A stretch of 61,218 nt of DNA from contig JBIJDH010000032.1 of the NCBI GenBank assembly GCA_044344255.1, forward strand, positions 1 through 61,218. Direction: 5' to 3'. This document shows positions 8,508 through 17,699 of the stretch, in pieces. The notes beneath the pieces are model-generated. The model had not been told where the DNA came from and did not search any database. It saw only the letters and a list, made by a program, of their open reading frames with translations. The stretch comes from Myxococcota bacterium (lineage in GTDB: Bacteria > Myxococcota_A > UBA796 > UBA2385). The translations under genes and the position numbers were made by a program. The first letter of the stretch is position 1. Every line of letters starts with the position of its first letter.

Positions 8508-8640
8508 GGGGAGCGGGGCCCTGGGGTCAACGGTACACGCGACGCGAGGGGGCGGTCCTCCGGTGGCCTCGTTGCTCGAAAGAGCGTTGACCGCCCTCTT
8601 GCGTCGCCGCCTCTTCACTCTTCCAGGGCCCCGACTCCCC
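8508..8640 (+). ncRNA. Candidate structured RNA: rod with central bubble (6S-like architecture or cis-regulatory leader)
   Basis: Outer stem 8508-8526/8621-8640, 12/13-nt bubble, 19-bp inner stem 8539-8557/8589-8607, apical GCTC-GAAA-GAGC; four G-U wobbles pair only on the + strand. Confidence 0.55.
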
Positions 8641-8755
8641 CACACTGCCCGCCTCCGCCCCCTGCCAAGCGGCGGGGGAGGCCTGAACAAGCAGAGGGGT
8701 CGCCTCGGACCGGCGGCGGTGAGGCTCGCGTGCTAGGCGACGCGCTGGAGGCTCG

Positions 8756-10111
8756 GTGCCGCCTGTCCTCGCCGAACAGACCCTCGCCCAGGCGCTCCCC
8801 GCCGTCGCCATGCTGCCCTTCGTGGGCCTGCTGGCCTCGATCGCGGTCCTGCCCTTGGTGGCCGGGCACTGGTGGGAGCGCCGCCGAAACCAGGCCCTGG
8901 TCGTGATGGGCTGGTCGGCGCCGGTCGTGGTGCAGCTGATCGGCCTCTGGCTCACCGACGCCGTGGTCGGCCCCGAGGCCGGCGCGAGCCTCCTGCGCGC
9001 CGCGCACGAGTACCTCTCCTTCGTCGTGCTGCTGGGCGCGCTGTACGTGATCTCCGGAGGGGTCCTGGTGGCCGGGAACCTCCAGGCCCGTCCGAGCGTC
9101 AACACCGCCTTCCTGGCGGTGGGGGCCCTGCTGGCCAACGTCGTCGGCACCACGGGCGCCAGCATGCTGCTGATCCACCCCCTTCTCCGCGCGAACCGGG
9201 AGCGGGAGCTCGTGGGTCACATCCCGATCTTCTTCATCTTCATCGTGGCGAACATCGGCGGCGCCCTCAGCCCGATCGGCGATCCACCGCTCTTCGTGGG
9301 CTACCTCCGCGGCGTGCCCTTCTCCTGGCCCCTCATCCACCTGGGCCCGGCCTGGCTGCTCGCCGTCTCGCTGCTGCTCTCCGCCTTCTACCTGATCGAC
9401 CGGCACTTCTACGCCCGCGAGCGCGTGGCTGACCTCGCCCTCGACGCGGCTCGGGCCTCCCCCCTGCGGATCGAGGGACAGCTCAACATCCTGCTGCTGA
9501 TCGGGGTCATGGGGGCGGTGCTGTGGCTCTCCCCGGACCCCGAGCGTTCGGACCTCCGGCGATACCCGCTGCGAGAGCTCAGCCTCATCGGGCTCAGCCT
9601 CCTGTCACTGCGCCTCAGCCCTCCCCACATCCGCCCCGCCAACGGCTTCAGCTGGGGGCCGATCCGCGAGGTGGCGCTCCTCTTCGCGGGCATCTTCAGC
9701 ACCATGGTGCCCGCGCTCATCCGCCTCGAAGCCGCGGCCGACACCCTGGGTCCGCCCAGCCCCCTACAGCTCTTCTGGGTGACCGGTCTGCTCTCGTCCT
9801 TCCTCGACAACGCGCCGGCCTACATGACCTTCTCGACGGTCGCCTGCGGGTCCGTGAGCGACTGCACGGGCCCGGAGGCCCTAGGCAGCCTCGCCGGGAG
9901 CCCCGTGGGAGCGGAGCTGCTGAAGGCGATCGCGCTCGGCGCGGTCTTCATGGGGGCCAACACCTACATCGGCAACGGCCCGAACTTCATGGTGCGGGCG
10001 ATCGCCCTCGAGAACGGCTACCGGATGCCCTCCTTCTTCGGGTACATCGGCTGGTCGATGACCTTCCTCCTCCCGTTGTACCTGCTCATCTCCTTGGTGT
10101 TCTTCTGGTGA
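8756..10111 (+). CDS. Sodium:proton antiporter-like membrane protein (ArsB/NhaD ion transporter superfamily)
   Basis: About 12 hydrophobic segments; GTTGASMLLI, NIGGALSPIGDPPL, SSFLDNAP, TYIGNGPNFMV motifs. Confidence 0.88.
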   Translation: MPPVLAEQTLAQALPAVAMLPFVGLLASIAVLPLVAGHWWERRRNQALVVMGWSAPVVVQLIGLWLTDAVVGPEAGASLLRAAHEYLSFVVLLGALYVISGGVLVAGNLQARPSVNTAFLAVGALLANVVGTTGASMLLIHPLLRANRERELVGHIPIFFIFIVANIGGALSPIGDPPLFVGYLRGVPFSWPLIHLGPAWLLAVSLLLSAFYLIDRHFYARERVADLALDAARASPLRIEGQLNILLLIGVMGAVLWLSPDPERSDLRRYPLRELSLIGLSLLSLRLSPPHIRPANGFSWGPIREVALLFAGIFSTMVPALIRLEAAADTLGPPSPLQLFWVTGLLSSFLDNAPAYMTFSTVACGSVSDCTGPEALGSLAGSPVGAELLKAIALGAVFMGANTYIGNGPNFMVRAIALENGYRMPSFFGYIGWSMTFLLPLYLLISLVFFW

Positions 10112-10121
10112 GGGTGTTCTT

Positions 10122-10553
10122 GTGGTCAGCCCGCGTGAGGCCCTCGGTTGGTTGTCCTTGAGCCTGGCTTCGGCGGGCCTCGCCGCCCTCACCTGGCGAG
10201 GGCCGGCAGAGGTGAGCTGGCCCCCGACCCCGCCGGCGCGTGCCCGCCCGGCCACCCCGGCGGAGATCGCCGCCGTCGAGGCCCTCGGCCGAAGCGCCAG
10301 CGACACGCTCGCCCGCGCCGCCGAGAGGCTCGGCCGCCCGCTCCACACCGACGAGCTCGAGGGCAGCGGCCCCGATGGCGCGCCCTTCCTCCCGGGCGGC
10401 CTCCCCGACAACCCCCTGCTGCCGGGCGTCGCCGGCGTGGAGGAGGCCTGTGAGGCGCGCCCTCAGGACGACGCCGGCGGGCCGATCCCCGACTGGCGCT
10501 ACTGCCCCACACAGTCCCGCCTCGCCCCGAACCTCCCGCCGGACCCTCCGTAA
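10122..10553 (+). CDS. Hypothetical protein with N-terminal membrane anchor
   Basis: Follows the antiporter by 10 bp; hydrophobic N-terminus, LPDNPL and DWRY segments. Confidence 0.55.
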   Translation: MVSPREALGWLSLSLASAGLAALTWRGPAEVSWPPTPPARARPATPAEIAAVEALGRSASDTLARAAERLGRPLHTDELEGSGPDGAPFLPGGLPDNPLLPGVAGVEEACEARPQDDAGGPIPDWRYCPTQSRLAPNLPPDPP

Positions 10554-10559
10554 GCGACC

Positions 10560-11291
10560 TCAGTACGCGAACGGGAAGACGGGGCTGAGGGTCCAGGCGC
10601 CTGCGGGGAGCGGCGCGCTGCTCACGGGCCCTTCGAGTCCGGCGTAGGCCTCATCGAGGCCGGCCACGCCGAAGGCGTAGATGGTGTCTGCGGCGTCGAA
10701 GGAGACATAGGCGCCGTTCAGGTGCGCCCACGCGGCCTCGCTCAGGCTCGCGTCGCCGCCTTGCGCCGCGCGCACATCCGGGTGCAGCTCGCCGACGCCG
10801 ACGAAGAGGCTGGAGGGGAGGTCGGGGACGAGCCCCACACACCCTCCGTCCCCCTCGCCCAGGCTCAACGACCACCAGGAGAGGATCAGCGGATCGGGCT
10901 CGGTGAGCCGGTGCGTGGCGGAGACGAGCGGCACCTGCTCGGCGCAGAGGGGCGCCCGATCGACGTCCTGGAGCTCGATCGAGAGGCTGCTCTCCGCCAC
11001 CGTCAGGCTCTCGTCTTCGGCGACGAGGAGCGTCCCGGAGAGGGTCCACCAGATCGGCTGAGCCTCGCCGGTGCCGCCGGAGTCACCCGATCCATCGTCG
11101 CCGTCGGCCCCGCCGTCCAGCTCGGCGGTGTCGTCGCCGCCGAGGCCCATGTTCTTCCCCGCACCGCAGCCCCCCACAAGGACCCCCACAGGGACCAGGA
11201 GGGCGAGCAGGCCCAAGGAGATCGCGGACCCAAACGGGGACCACCGGGCGTTACGCGCGCCCAAACAAGATCGCGCCAGTGTCTGTTGCAC
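10560..11291 (-). CDS. Hypothetical lipoprotein
   Basis: Hydrophobic signal ending VLVGG-C, acidic Gly/Asp linker, beta-rich domain with two Cys. Confidence 0.7.
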   Translation of the reverse strand: MQQTLARSCLGARNARWSPFGSAISLGLLALLVPVGVLVGGCGAGKNMGLGGDDTAELDGGADGDDGSGDSGGTGEAQPIWWTLSGTLLVAEDESLTVAESSLSIELQDVDRAPLCAEQVPLVSATHRLTEPDPLILSWWSLSLGEGDGGCVGLVPDLPSSLFVGVGELHPDVRAAQGGDASLSEAAWAHLNGAYVSFDAADTIYAFGVAGLDEAYAGLEGPVSSAPLPAGAWTLSPVFPFAY

Positions 11292-11374
11292 CGGAGACTC
11301 CTCACCGCGCCCAATTGGACCATAGCGCCAAGGGGGGGCGGTCGCCAGATTCGGCGCCCACCGACGAGGGCCGA

Positions 11375-11971
11375 TCAGAGATCCCAGGCGTAGGCGGGCC
11401 AGAAGACGTATCGCTCCCCGGGAGAGAGCCCGGACACGAGCAGCGGCTCACCCTGGTCGAGCCGCTCGTTCCAGACATAGCCGAAGGCGTCCACCGACTG
11501 GCCATCCCAGCCGAGGTACCAGCCCAGCGTGTCTTCGCCGTAAGGGGCGTCGGCGGCGAGGTCATCGGGCAAGGGGCCGACGGCGAAGGTGGCCACCGAG
11601 GCGTAGCCGAGCTTGGTGCCCTCCTCACCGGCGCAGTCGGTGTCGACCTCCTCGGTGCGGACCGACCACGTGGCCACGCAGTCCACGCAGCCCTCGAGGG
11701 AGTGAGTCTCGACGCCGACGATCGCCTGGACCCGCGCACAGACGTGGTCGTCCTCGGCCTTGTCGTCGCCCCAGTCCTCGTTGAAGAATTCCCAAGTTTG
11801 GTAGCCGGACATGCCGTCCGCATCCACGAGGGCGGAGGCGTGCTGCACCGACCAGCTCGAGGGCTCCAGCTTCTCCGAGCAGCCTGAGGCCAGGGCCGCC
11901 GTGAGGGTGAGCGCCGAAAGGAGGCGACAGGAGCCGACGGAGCGGCGAAGGGGCCAGGAGGCGAGGGTCAT
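11375..11971 (-). CDS. Hypothetical lipoprotein
   Basis: Lipobox LASG-C; acidic, Trp-rich mature part with CxxC. Confidence 0.72.
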   Translation of the reverse strand: MTLASWPLRRSVGSCRLLSALTLTAALASGCSEKLEPSSWSVQHASALVDADGMSGYQTWEFFNEDWGDDKAEDDHVCARVQAIVGVETHSLEGCVDCVATWSVRTEEVDTDCAGEEGTKLGYASVATFAVGPLPDDLAADAPYGEDTLGWYLGWDGQSVDAFGYVWNERLDQGEPLLVSGLSPGERYVFWPAYAWDL

Positions 11972-11979
11972 GGCCGCTC

Positions 11980-14900
11980 CTAACGGGCGTCGAGGCGGCT
12001 GCGCACCCGATCGGCGCGTGGGCCGGTGGGGTCGAGCGAGAGGTAGCGGTCCCAGACCGTCAGGGCGCGGGGGATGTTTCGCCGCGGATCGAAGTAGAAC
12101 AACCCCTGCGCGTAGAGCACGCGCGCGTTCTCGGGGCCCAGCAGCGCCGCCCGATCGAAGTGCTGAGCCGCGGCGCCCTCCTTACCGGCGGCCTCCAAGG
12201 CGAGGCCCAGGTGGACATGAGCCAAGGGCTCCCGGTAGTCTCGGTCTCCCATCGCCCGCACGCCCGCCTCCACCTGCTCCGGCGGGCCAAACTGGACCCG
12301 CGCCGCCGCCGCCCGGATGGCCAGGGGCCGATCGAAGGGGTCTGTTGAGACCAGCAGGCGCTGGTGGGCCTTCTCGAGGGCCGTGTCGGTGGCGCTGCGC
12401 AGCTCGACGTCGGGGCCGAGCGCGAGGCCCATCACGAAGAGGGCGAGGCCCTCGTTGCGGATCCCGTCCGCGCCGGCGCCGTCCCGCTGGCGGTCCTTCA
12501 GCAGGCCCGACATCCGAGCGGCGGCCTCCGCGTGCTTGTCCTGGGCGACCTCCAGCCAGGCGCGGAGGGTCTCGGCGTCTCCGCCCGAGCCCCAGGAGAC
12601 GAGCAGCTCATTGGCGCGCTGGCCGCGGTCGAGATCGAGCAACACCTGCACGAGGCCGCGCCGACAGTCCTCGTTCCGCTCGGCGAGGCTGAGGCAGCGG
12701 GTGAGCTCGCCCTCCGCCCGCAGCAGCAGCCCCTCGGCGATGAGCGCGGCGGCGCCGTGGTAGATCGCGGACGGAGAGGCCGGATCGCTCAGCAAGGCGG
12801 CGGCCCAGGCGGCGTCGGACTCGGAGCGGAGGCCGAGCTCGAGCAGCAGACCCGCCCGGACCACCTGGAGCCGCCCCGTCACCCGCGGCGGCAGCGGGCG
12901 GCCGGCGAGGCGGGCGTCGACCGCGGCGAGGCGCTGGGTGGCGTCTCCGCCGATCCAGCCCTGCTCCGCGGCCAGGGCGATCACGAGCGGGCTCTCGCCC
13001 TCCGCCTCCAGCAAGGCGGCGCCGGCGCGCTGGCGGGCCGAGGCGTCGGGCCGGAGCATCGGCAAGATAGCGGCGTGACGGGCGCCGCCGGCCTTGGCGT
13101 CGCCCCAGATACGAGCGGCGGCCTCGGCGTCGCCGCCCGCGAGCTGGACCCGCGCCGCGAGGTAGCGCCCCTCCGCCGAGCGCCGGTCGACCCGCTCGAG
13201 GGCCACCCGCGCGCCGACGAGATCACCCTCTCCAACGTCGAGCTGGGCTTGAGCGAGCGCGATCTCCTCATCGGGGGCGCCTCGCTTCGCGCCGAGCTGG
13301 ATCGCGGTCAGCGCGGCCTCCCGATCGGCGGCGTCCCCCGTGTAGTCCGACCACAACACCGCGCTCACGAGGGCGAGCTCGGCCACCTTGGCGTCCACCG
13401 GGAAGAGCCAGCTCTTGCCCTCGGTGTCCTCGCGGAGCTGGTCACGGAGCTCCCGGAGCGCGGCGGGATCTCCCACCTCCAGGGCGCTGTGGACGCGCTC
13501 GATGTCGTGGCCCCGCAGGTAGCCGCGGAGCACAAGCAGGAGGCAGACCACCGCGAGGGCCGCGATGAGCGCAAAGGCGATGAGGCCGAGCCAGATCGGG
13601 GCGAGCCGCCGGGCGGCGGTTTGCCGGTGCCCCTCCGCCGAGCGCGGCGCCAAAGCGCTATCGCTGCGCAGCGCGGCGTGGGCGGCCGGGGTGTCCTCGT
13701 CGTCGCCGGGGAGGCCGGCTGGGAGGGGGTCGGGGATGGGGTGCTTGGGGATCACCTCGATCGGACCGCGACGCTGCGGCTCCGGCTCGGGCGTGGATGG
13801 GCGCTCCTCCTTCTTTTTCAGGACGACCAGCCCGTCATCGCCGGTGGCGTCGTCCTCCTCGACGTCCTCCCCGCTGAGGTGCGGCCCGCTCGGCTGGACG
13901 CCCATGCTCTGCTGCCAGGCACGGAGGTCGAGCGTCTGGCGGAGCGGATCGGCGCCCTCTCCGCCCGCGCTCGGCTTGTGCAGCGGCCCTTCGGACGGGC
14001 CGAGGCGGGGCCCGGTCGGCCCGGTCGACGCGGTCGGCCCGGCCGAGCCGCCAGACGAGCTGCCGGGAGACGCAGTCTGACCGATGACCTGGAGGATCTG
14101 GGTGTCGCCGGAGTCATCCAAGCTGGCGACGCCGGAGTCGGTCGCCTCCTCGGTGGGGGGATCGAGCAGCTCCTCCCGGCTTGCCATCACCGCCGACATG
14201 GTGACATCGTCGTCGAGGCGGGGCCGATCGCCCGGCAGCGTGACGAGGTCAGGGCGGCGGAACAGGCTCGGGAAGGCGGGCCGGCCCTCCCCCTCCCGCT
14301 CCCGCTCCCGATCGCCTATGTCCGCCTCGGCGAACAAGCCGCTGCGCGCTGCGCTCTCGGTGTGATCGGCGTCCGCCCACTCCGCGGCGTCGGCGCTGCG
14401 GGTGATGTCGCGGGCGAGCTCCGCCAAGGGCTGGCCGGGGGTGGTGAACTCACCCCGGATGCCCCACATGAGCTGCTCGGCCCGCTTGTGGTCGGGCTGC
14501 TTCCGAAGCACCGCGTCGAGCAGGGTGCGGGCACGGATCACCGACCCCGTGGCGAGGTAACGCTCGGCCAGCGCCACCTGCTCGCCCACCTCTCCGTCCC
14601 GCTCGAGGTCGCGCGCGTTGGCGGGCGGCTGGAAGGGAGGCTCGGCGGCCTGCGCGACGAGGAGCTCCGCCGCCGCGTTCTCGGAGTCGACCGCCTTGAC
14701 CTGCTCGAGCACCTTTCGGGCCCGCGCCGGCCAGCCGCGTTCGATGAACATCTCGGCGGTGAGCAGCAGGGCCTGGACGTCACCCGGCTCACTCTCGGTG
14801 GCCTCCCGCAGGCGCACCCAGGCCCGATCCATCTGGCGGAGCTGCAAGAAGGCCCGCGCCTCGGCCATCCGTGCCGGGCCGCTGATGCTGCCGAGCTCGG

Positions 14901-15027
14901 CCCAGCGCTCCACGAGCCGGACGACGCCGACGGAGTCACCTTGACGCACGAGGTGCCCGAGCACCCGGTGGAGGGTCTCGGCGTCGGGCTGATCCGTGCG
15001 AGCGTGGGGTGACGCGACCGTAGACAT
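11980..15027 (-). CDS. Large bitopic TPR-repeat membrane protein
   Basis: N-terminal TPR-like helices, long acidic Pro-rich linker, one TM (IWLGLIAFALIAALAVVCLLLVL), C-terminal TPRs ending YLSLDPTGPRADRVR. Confidence 0.8.
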   Translation of the reverse strand: MSTVASPHARTDQPDAETLHRVLGHLVRQGDSVGVVRLVERWAELGSISGPARMAEARAFLQLRQMDRAWVRLREATESEPGDVQALLLTAEMFIERGWPARARKVLEQVKAVDSENAAAELLVAQAAEPPFQPPANARDLERDGEVGEQVALAERYLATGSVIRARTLLDAVLRKQPDHKRAEQLMWGIRGEFTTPGQPLAELARDITRSADAAEWADADHTESAARSGLFAEADIGDREREREGEGRPAFPSLFRRPDLVTLPGDRPRLDDDVTMSAVMASREELLDPPTEEATDSGVASLDDSGDTQILQVIGQTASPGSSSGGSAGPTASTGPTGPRLGPSEGPLHKPSAGGEGADPLRQTLDLRAWQQSMGVQPSGPHLSGEDVEEDDATGDDGLVVLKKKEERPSTPEPEPQRRGPIEVIPKHPIPDPLPAGLPGDDEDTPAAHAALRSDSALAPRSAEGHRQTAARRLAPIWLGLIAFALIAALAVVCLLLVLRGYLRGHDIERVHSALEVGDPAALRELRDQLREDTEGKSWLFPVDAKVAELALVSAVLWSDYTGDAADREAALTAIQLGAKRGAPDEEIALAQAQLDVGEGDLVGARVALERVDRRSAEGRYLAARVQLAGGDAEAAARIWGDAKAGGARHAAILPMLRPDASARQRAGAALLEAEGESPLVIALAAEQGWIGGDATQRLAAVDARLAGRPLPPRVTGRLQVVRAGLLLELGLRSESDAAWAAALLSDPASPSAIYHGAAALIAEGLLLRAEGELTRCLSLAERNEDCRRGLVQVLLDLDRGQRANELLVSWGSGGDAETLRAWLEVAQDKHAEAAARMSGLLKDRQRDGAGADGIRNEGLALFVMGLALGPDVELRSATDTALEKAHQRLLVSTDPFDRPLAIRAAAARVQFGPPEQVEAGVRAMGDRDYREPLAHVHLGLALEAAGKEGAAAQHFDRAALLGPENARVLYAQGLFYFDPRRNIPRALTVWDRYLSLDPTGPRADRVRSRLDAR

Positions 15028-15115
15028 ACCTGAACCACCGCAAGCTGGGGACTATATCACCCGCGGGCGCTCGGCTCAGAGGGCGACCGCTCCCCTCCCC
15101 GCACCCCGTCGCCAC

Positions 15116-15152
15116 AAAAAGGCAAACCCGACGACCCGGGAGGGCCATCGGG
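15116..15152 (-). terminator. Intrinsic terminator after etfA
   Basis: Minus strand CCCGATGGCCC-TCCC-GGGTCGTCGGG followed by TTTGCCTTTTT. Confidence 0.6.
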
Positions 15153-15172
15153 GCGCCGGAGCACGATGCGGG

Positions 15173-16138
15173 TCAGCCGCTGAGCGCGGCCTTCAGCTCT
15201 TCGGCCAGCTTGGGCCCGACCTCGAACATGTCGCCGACGATCCCGTAGGTGGCCACCTGGAAGATGGGGGCGTCCTTGTCGGAATTGATGGCGACGATGA
15301 CCTTGGAGGTGCGCATGCCGGCGAGGTGCTGGATGGCGCCCGAGATGCCGCAGGCGATGTACAGCGACGGGTTGACCGTCTTGCCCGTCTGGCCGACCTG
15401 CGCCGAGTGGGGCGCGAAGCCGGCGTCCACCGCGGCGCGGCTGGCGCCGGGGGTGGCGCCGAGGGTGGCGGCGAGGGGGCGGATGAGCTGGTTGAAGCCC
15501 TCCACCGACTTCACCGAGCGACCGCCCGAGACGATCCGATCGGCCTCGGTGAGGTCGGCGACCGCCGAGGAGGCGCCCTCGATCTCGAGCACCACGAGCG
15601 CGGTGTCGGCGGCGTCGAGCGAGACCTCGAGGGCCTCCACCGCGGCGACACCGGCGCCCGGCGCGGGCGTCGTGAACGAATTGGCCCGGACCGTGAACAG
15701 CGCCACCGAGGAGGTGACCCTGACATCCGCCAGCGCCTTGCCGGCGTACATCGGCCGACGACCGACGACGGCGCCGCCGTCGAGGCGGAGGCCGGTGACC
15801 TCGGTGCCGAGGCCCGCGCCCAGCCGCGCCGCGAGGCGGGGGAGGGCGTCCTTGCCGACCGCGCCGGCCGAGGCCAGCACCACAGCGGGGTTGACCGCGC
15901 TCACCGCGGCCTGGAGGGCGCGAACCCAGGGCAGCGTATTGTACTGGGCGAAGGCCGGACCGTTCACGGTCAGCACCTTGTTCGCGCCATAAGCGCCCAG
16001 CTCGGCGCCGCCGGTGTGGCCGATCACGAGCACCGTGACCGGGCCGCCGAGCGAGGCAGCCTTGGAGACAAGCTCGAAGGCGGTCTTCTTGAAGACGCCG
16101 CCCTCATGGTCCGCGAGGACGAGAATTCCAGTTCCCAT
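15173..16138 (-). CDS. etfA: Electron transfer flavoprotein alpha subunit
   Basis: [44 protein letters not shown]. Confidence 0.97.
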   Translation of the reverse strand: MGTGILVLADHEGGVFKKTAFELVSKAASLGGPVTVLVIGHTGGAELGAYGANKVLTVNGPAFAQYNTLPWVRALQAAVSAVNPAVVLASAGAVGKDALPRLAARLGAGLGTEVTGLRLDGGAVVGRRPMYAGKALADVRVTSSVALFTVRANSFTTPAPGAGVAAVEALEVSLDAADTALVVLEIEGASSAVADLTEADRIVSGGRSVKSVEGFNQLIRPLAATLGATPGASRAAVDAGFAPHSAQVGQTGKTVNPSLYIACGISGAIQHLAGMRTSKVIVAINSDKDAPIFQVATYGIVGDMFEVGPKLAEELKAALSG

Positions 16139-16172
16139 GGGATGATCTCCTGATGTCCGTGAGCCGGTGGTG

Positions 16173-16961
16173 TCAGATGACCTTGGCCTCGTTCCGGAGC
16201 AGGCGGACCAGCTCCTTCACGGCGGTCGTGGAGTCGCCCGAGAGGATGCGACCGGCCGGACGAGCCTCGGGGAGCCCCCAAGCCGAGAGGGTGGCGGAGG
16301 CCGCGGCGGCCCCGACGGTGCCGGCGACGCCGAGGGCGGCCGCGCCCTTGACCTCGATGGCCTTCTTCTTGGCGGCCATGATCCCCTTGAGGGAGGCGTA
16401 GCGGGGCTCGTTCAGACCCTTGTCGGTGGAGATCACCGCCGGGAGCGCACCCGCGACGACCGCGCGGGAGCCGCCGCCGAGGGCGCGCCAGGCCTTGAAG
16501 TTACCGCCGTCGATCTCCAGCTTGCTGACCACGAGGGCCTGCGACCAGCCGAGGAGCTCGGCCACCATCGCGGGGACCTGGGCGTTGTCATCATCGATGG
16601 CCTGCTTGCCGGCGAGGATGAGCTGAACGCCCTCCGCCTTGGCGGCGGCGGCGAGGATCCGCGCCACGCCGAGGCTGTCGGCGCCGGCGAAGCTCGGATC
16701 GTCGAGGCGGACGGCCTTGTCGGCGCCGCGGGCCAGGGCGTCGCGGACGCGGGGCTCGGTGTCGGCGCCGCCGACCGTGAAGACGATGACCTCGGTGGCC
16801 TTGCCCGCGTCCTTGAGGCGCAGGGCCTCCTCGAGCGCGAACTCGTCGTAGATGTTGATCTCCCACTTCACTTCAGCAGTGTCGATCCCCGTGGACGCGG
16901 CATTGATCTTGATGCGCGTGTCGCTGGCGGGGACCTGCTTCAGGCAGACTCCGACTTTCAC
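16173..16961 (-). CDS. etfB: Electron transfer flavoprotein beta subunit
   Basis: VCLKQVP, DEFALEEAL, GKQAIDDD, NEPRYASLKGIMAAKKK. Confidence 0.97.
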   Translation of the reverse strand: MKVGVCLKQVPASDTRIKINAASTGIDTAEVKWEINIYDEFALEEALRLKDAGKATEVIVFTVGGADTEPRVRDALARGADKAVRLDDPSFAGADSLGVARILAAAAKAEGVQLILAGKQAIDDDNAQVPAMVAELLGWSQALVVSKLEIDGGNFKAWRALGGGSRAVVAGALPAVISTDKGLNEPRYASLKGIMAAKKKAIEVKGAAALGVAGTVGAAAASATLSAWGLPEARPAGRILSGDSTTAVKELVRLLRNEAKVI

Positions 16962-16970
16962 GTCGACCTC

Positions 16971-17654
16971 CTAAGAACCGGTTGGAATGGCCATGCCCCG
17001 GAGGAAGACAGAGACGACTTCCTCCGCGGCCTGGTCGAGGTTGAAACGATCTCGCTTGCGCGAGAGCACCCACTGAACGGAGAGCTCATCGAGCGCCCCG
17101 AAGAAAGCCCACTTCACGATGAATGCGTCTGTCTCTTGTCGGAGGACGCCCTGCTCCTGGCCCTGGTGGATGAGCTCCTCGAAGGCGTCGAGGTAGTCCC
17201 ACAGCCGCTGCGGGCGGTATGCGCTGGTGAAGCGAGTGGACTGCCGCAGCTCGACCTGGAGGACCCGCGCGAGGTCAGGGTAGCTGCGCAGCTGCTCGAA
17301 GTGAAAGCGGGCGAAGGCCTGGATGCGGGCGATCGGGGTGTTGAAGCCGGCGAGGTAGGCCCGAAGCTCTGAGAGGAGCTGCTCCATCTTCTCTTCGAAG
17401 ATCGTGAGCAACAGCTCATCCTTGTTGTCGAAGTAGAGGTAGATCGTGCCGTCGGCGACGCCCGCCTTGCGGGCGATCTCGGAGATGCGGGCCTTGTGGA
17501 AGCCCTTCTCGGCGAAGACGGCGATGGCGGCGTCGACGATGCGGCCCCGCTTCTCTTGGCGCGTCACCTCGCGGGCGCTCTCGCGGGCGCTCTCGCGGGT
17601 CGGTTCGGGGGCCTCCGACGATCGGGCGCCCCGTCGGGGCAGGACGGGATCCAT
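16971..17654 (-). CDS. TetR/AcrR family transcriptional regulator (FadR/YsiA-like)
   Basis: AAIAVFAEKGFHKARISEIARKAGVADGTIYLYFDNKDELL HTH; directly upstream of etfBA. Confidence 0.92.
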   Translation of the reverse strand: MDPVLPRRGARSSEAPEPTRESARESAREVTRQEKRGRIVDAAIAVFAEKGFHKARISEIARKAGVADGTIYLYFDNKDELLLTIFEEKMEQLLSELRAYLAGFNTPIARIQAFARFHFEQLRSYPDLARVLQVELRQSTRFTSAYRPQRLWDYLDAFEELIHQGQEQGVLRQETDAFIVKWAFFGALDELSVQWVLSRKRDRFNLDQAAEEVVSVFLRGMAIPTGS

Positions 17655-17699
17655 GGGGCGCCCGTGTAGCGCCGGGCCCCCCTTCCGGCAAGGCGGGCC

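Noticed and set aside
8495..8640. c-di-AMP (ydaO) riboswitch, SRP RNA, tmRNA or tRNA identity for the structured element
   Set aside because: GGAATGGGGA and TGGGGTCAA resemble ydaO segments but the CAGCTAAC 3' core is absent; no SRP CAGG/GGAA/AGCA loop, T-loop or cloverleaf.
17562..17600. 12-bp repeat encoding RESARESARE in the TetR N-terminus
   Set aside because: Short in-frame duplication in a disordered extension; no evidence of function.
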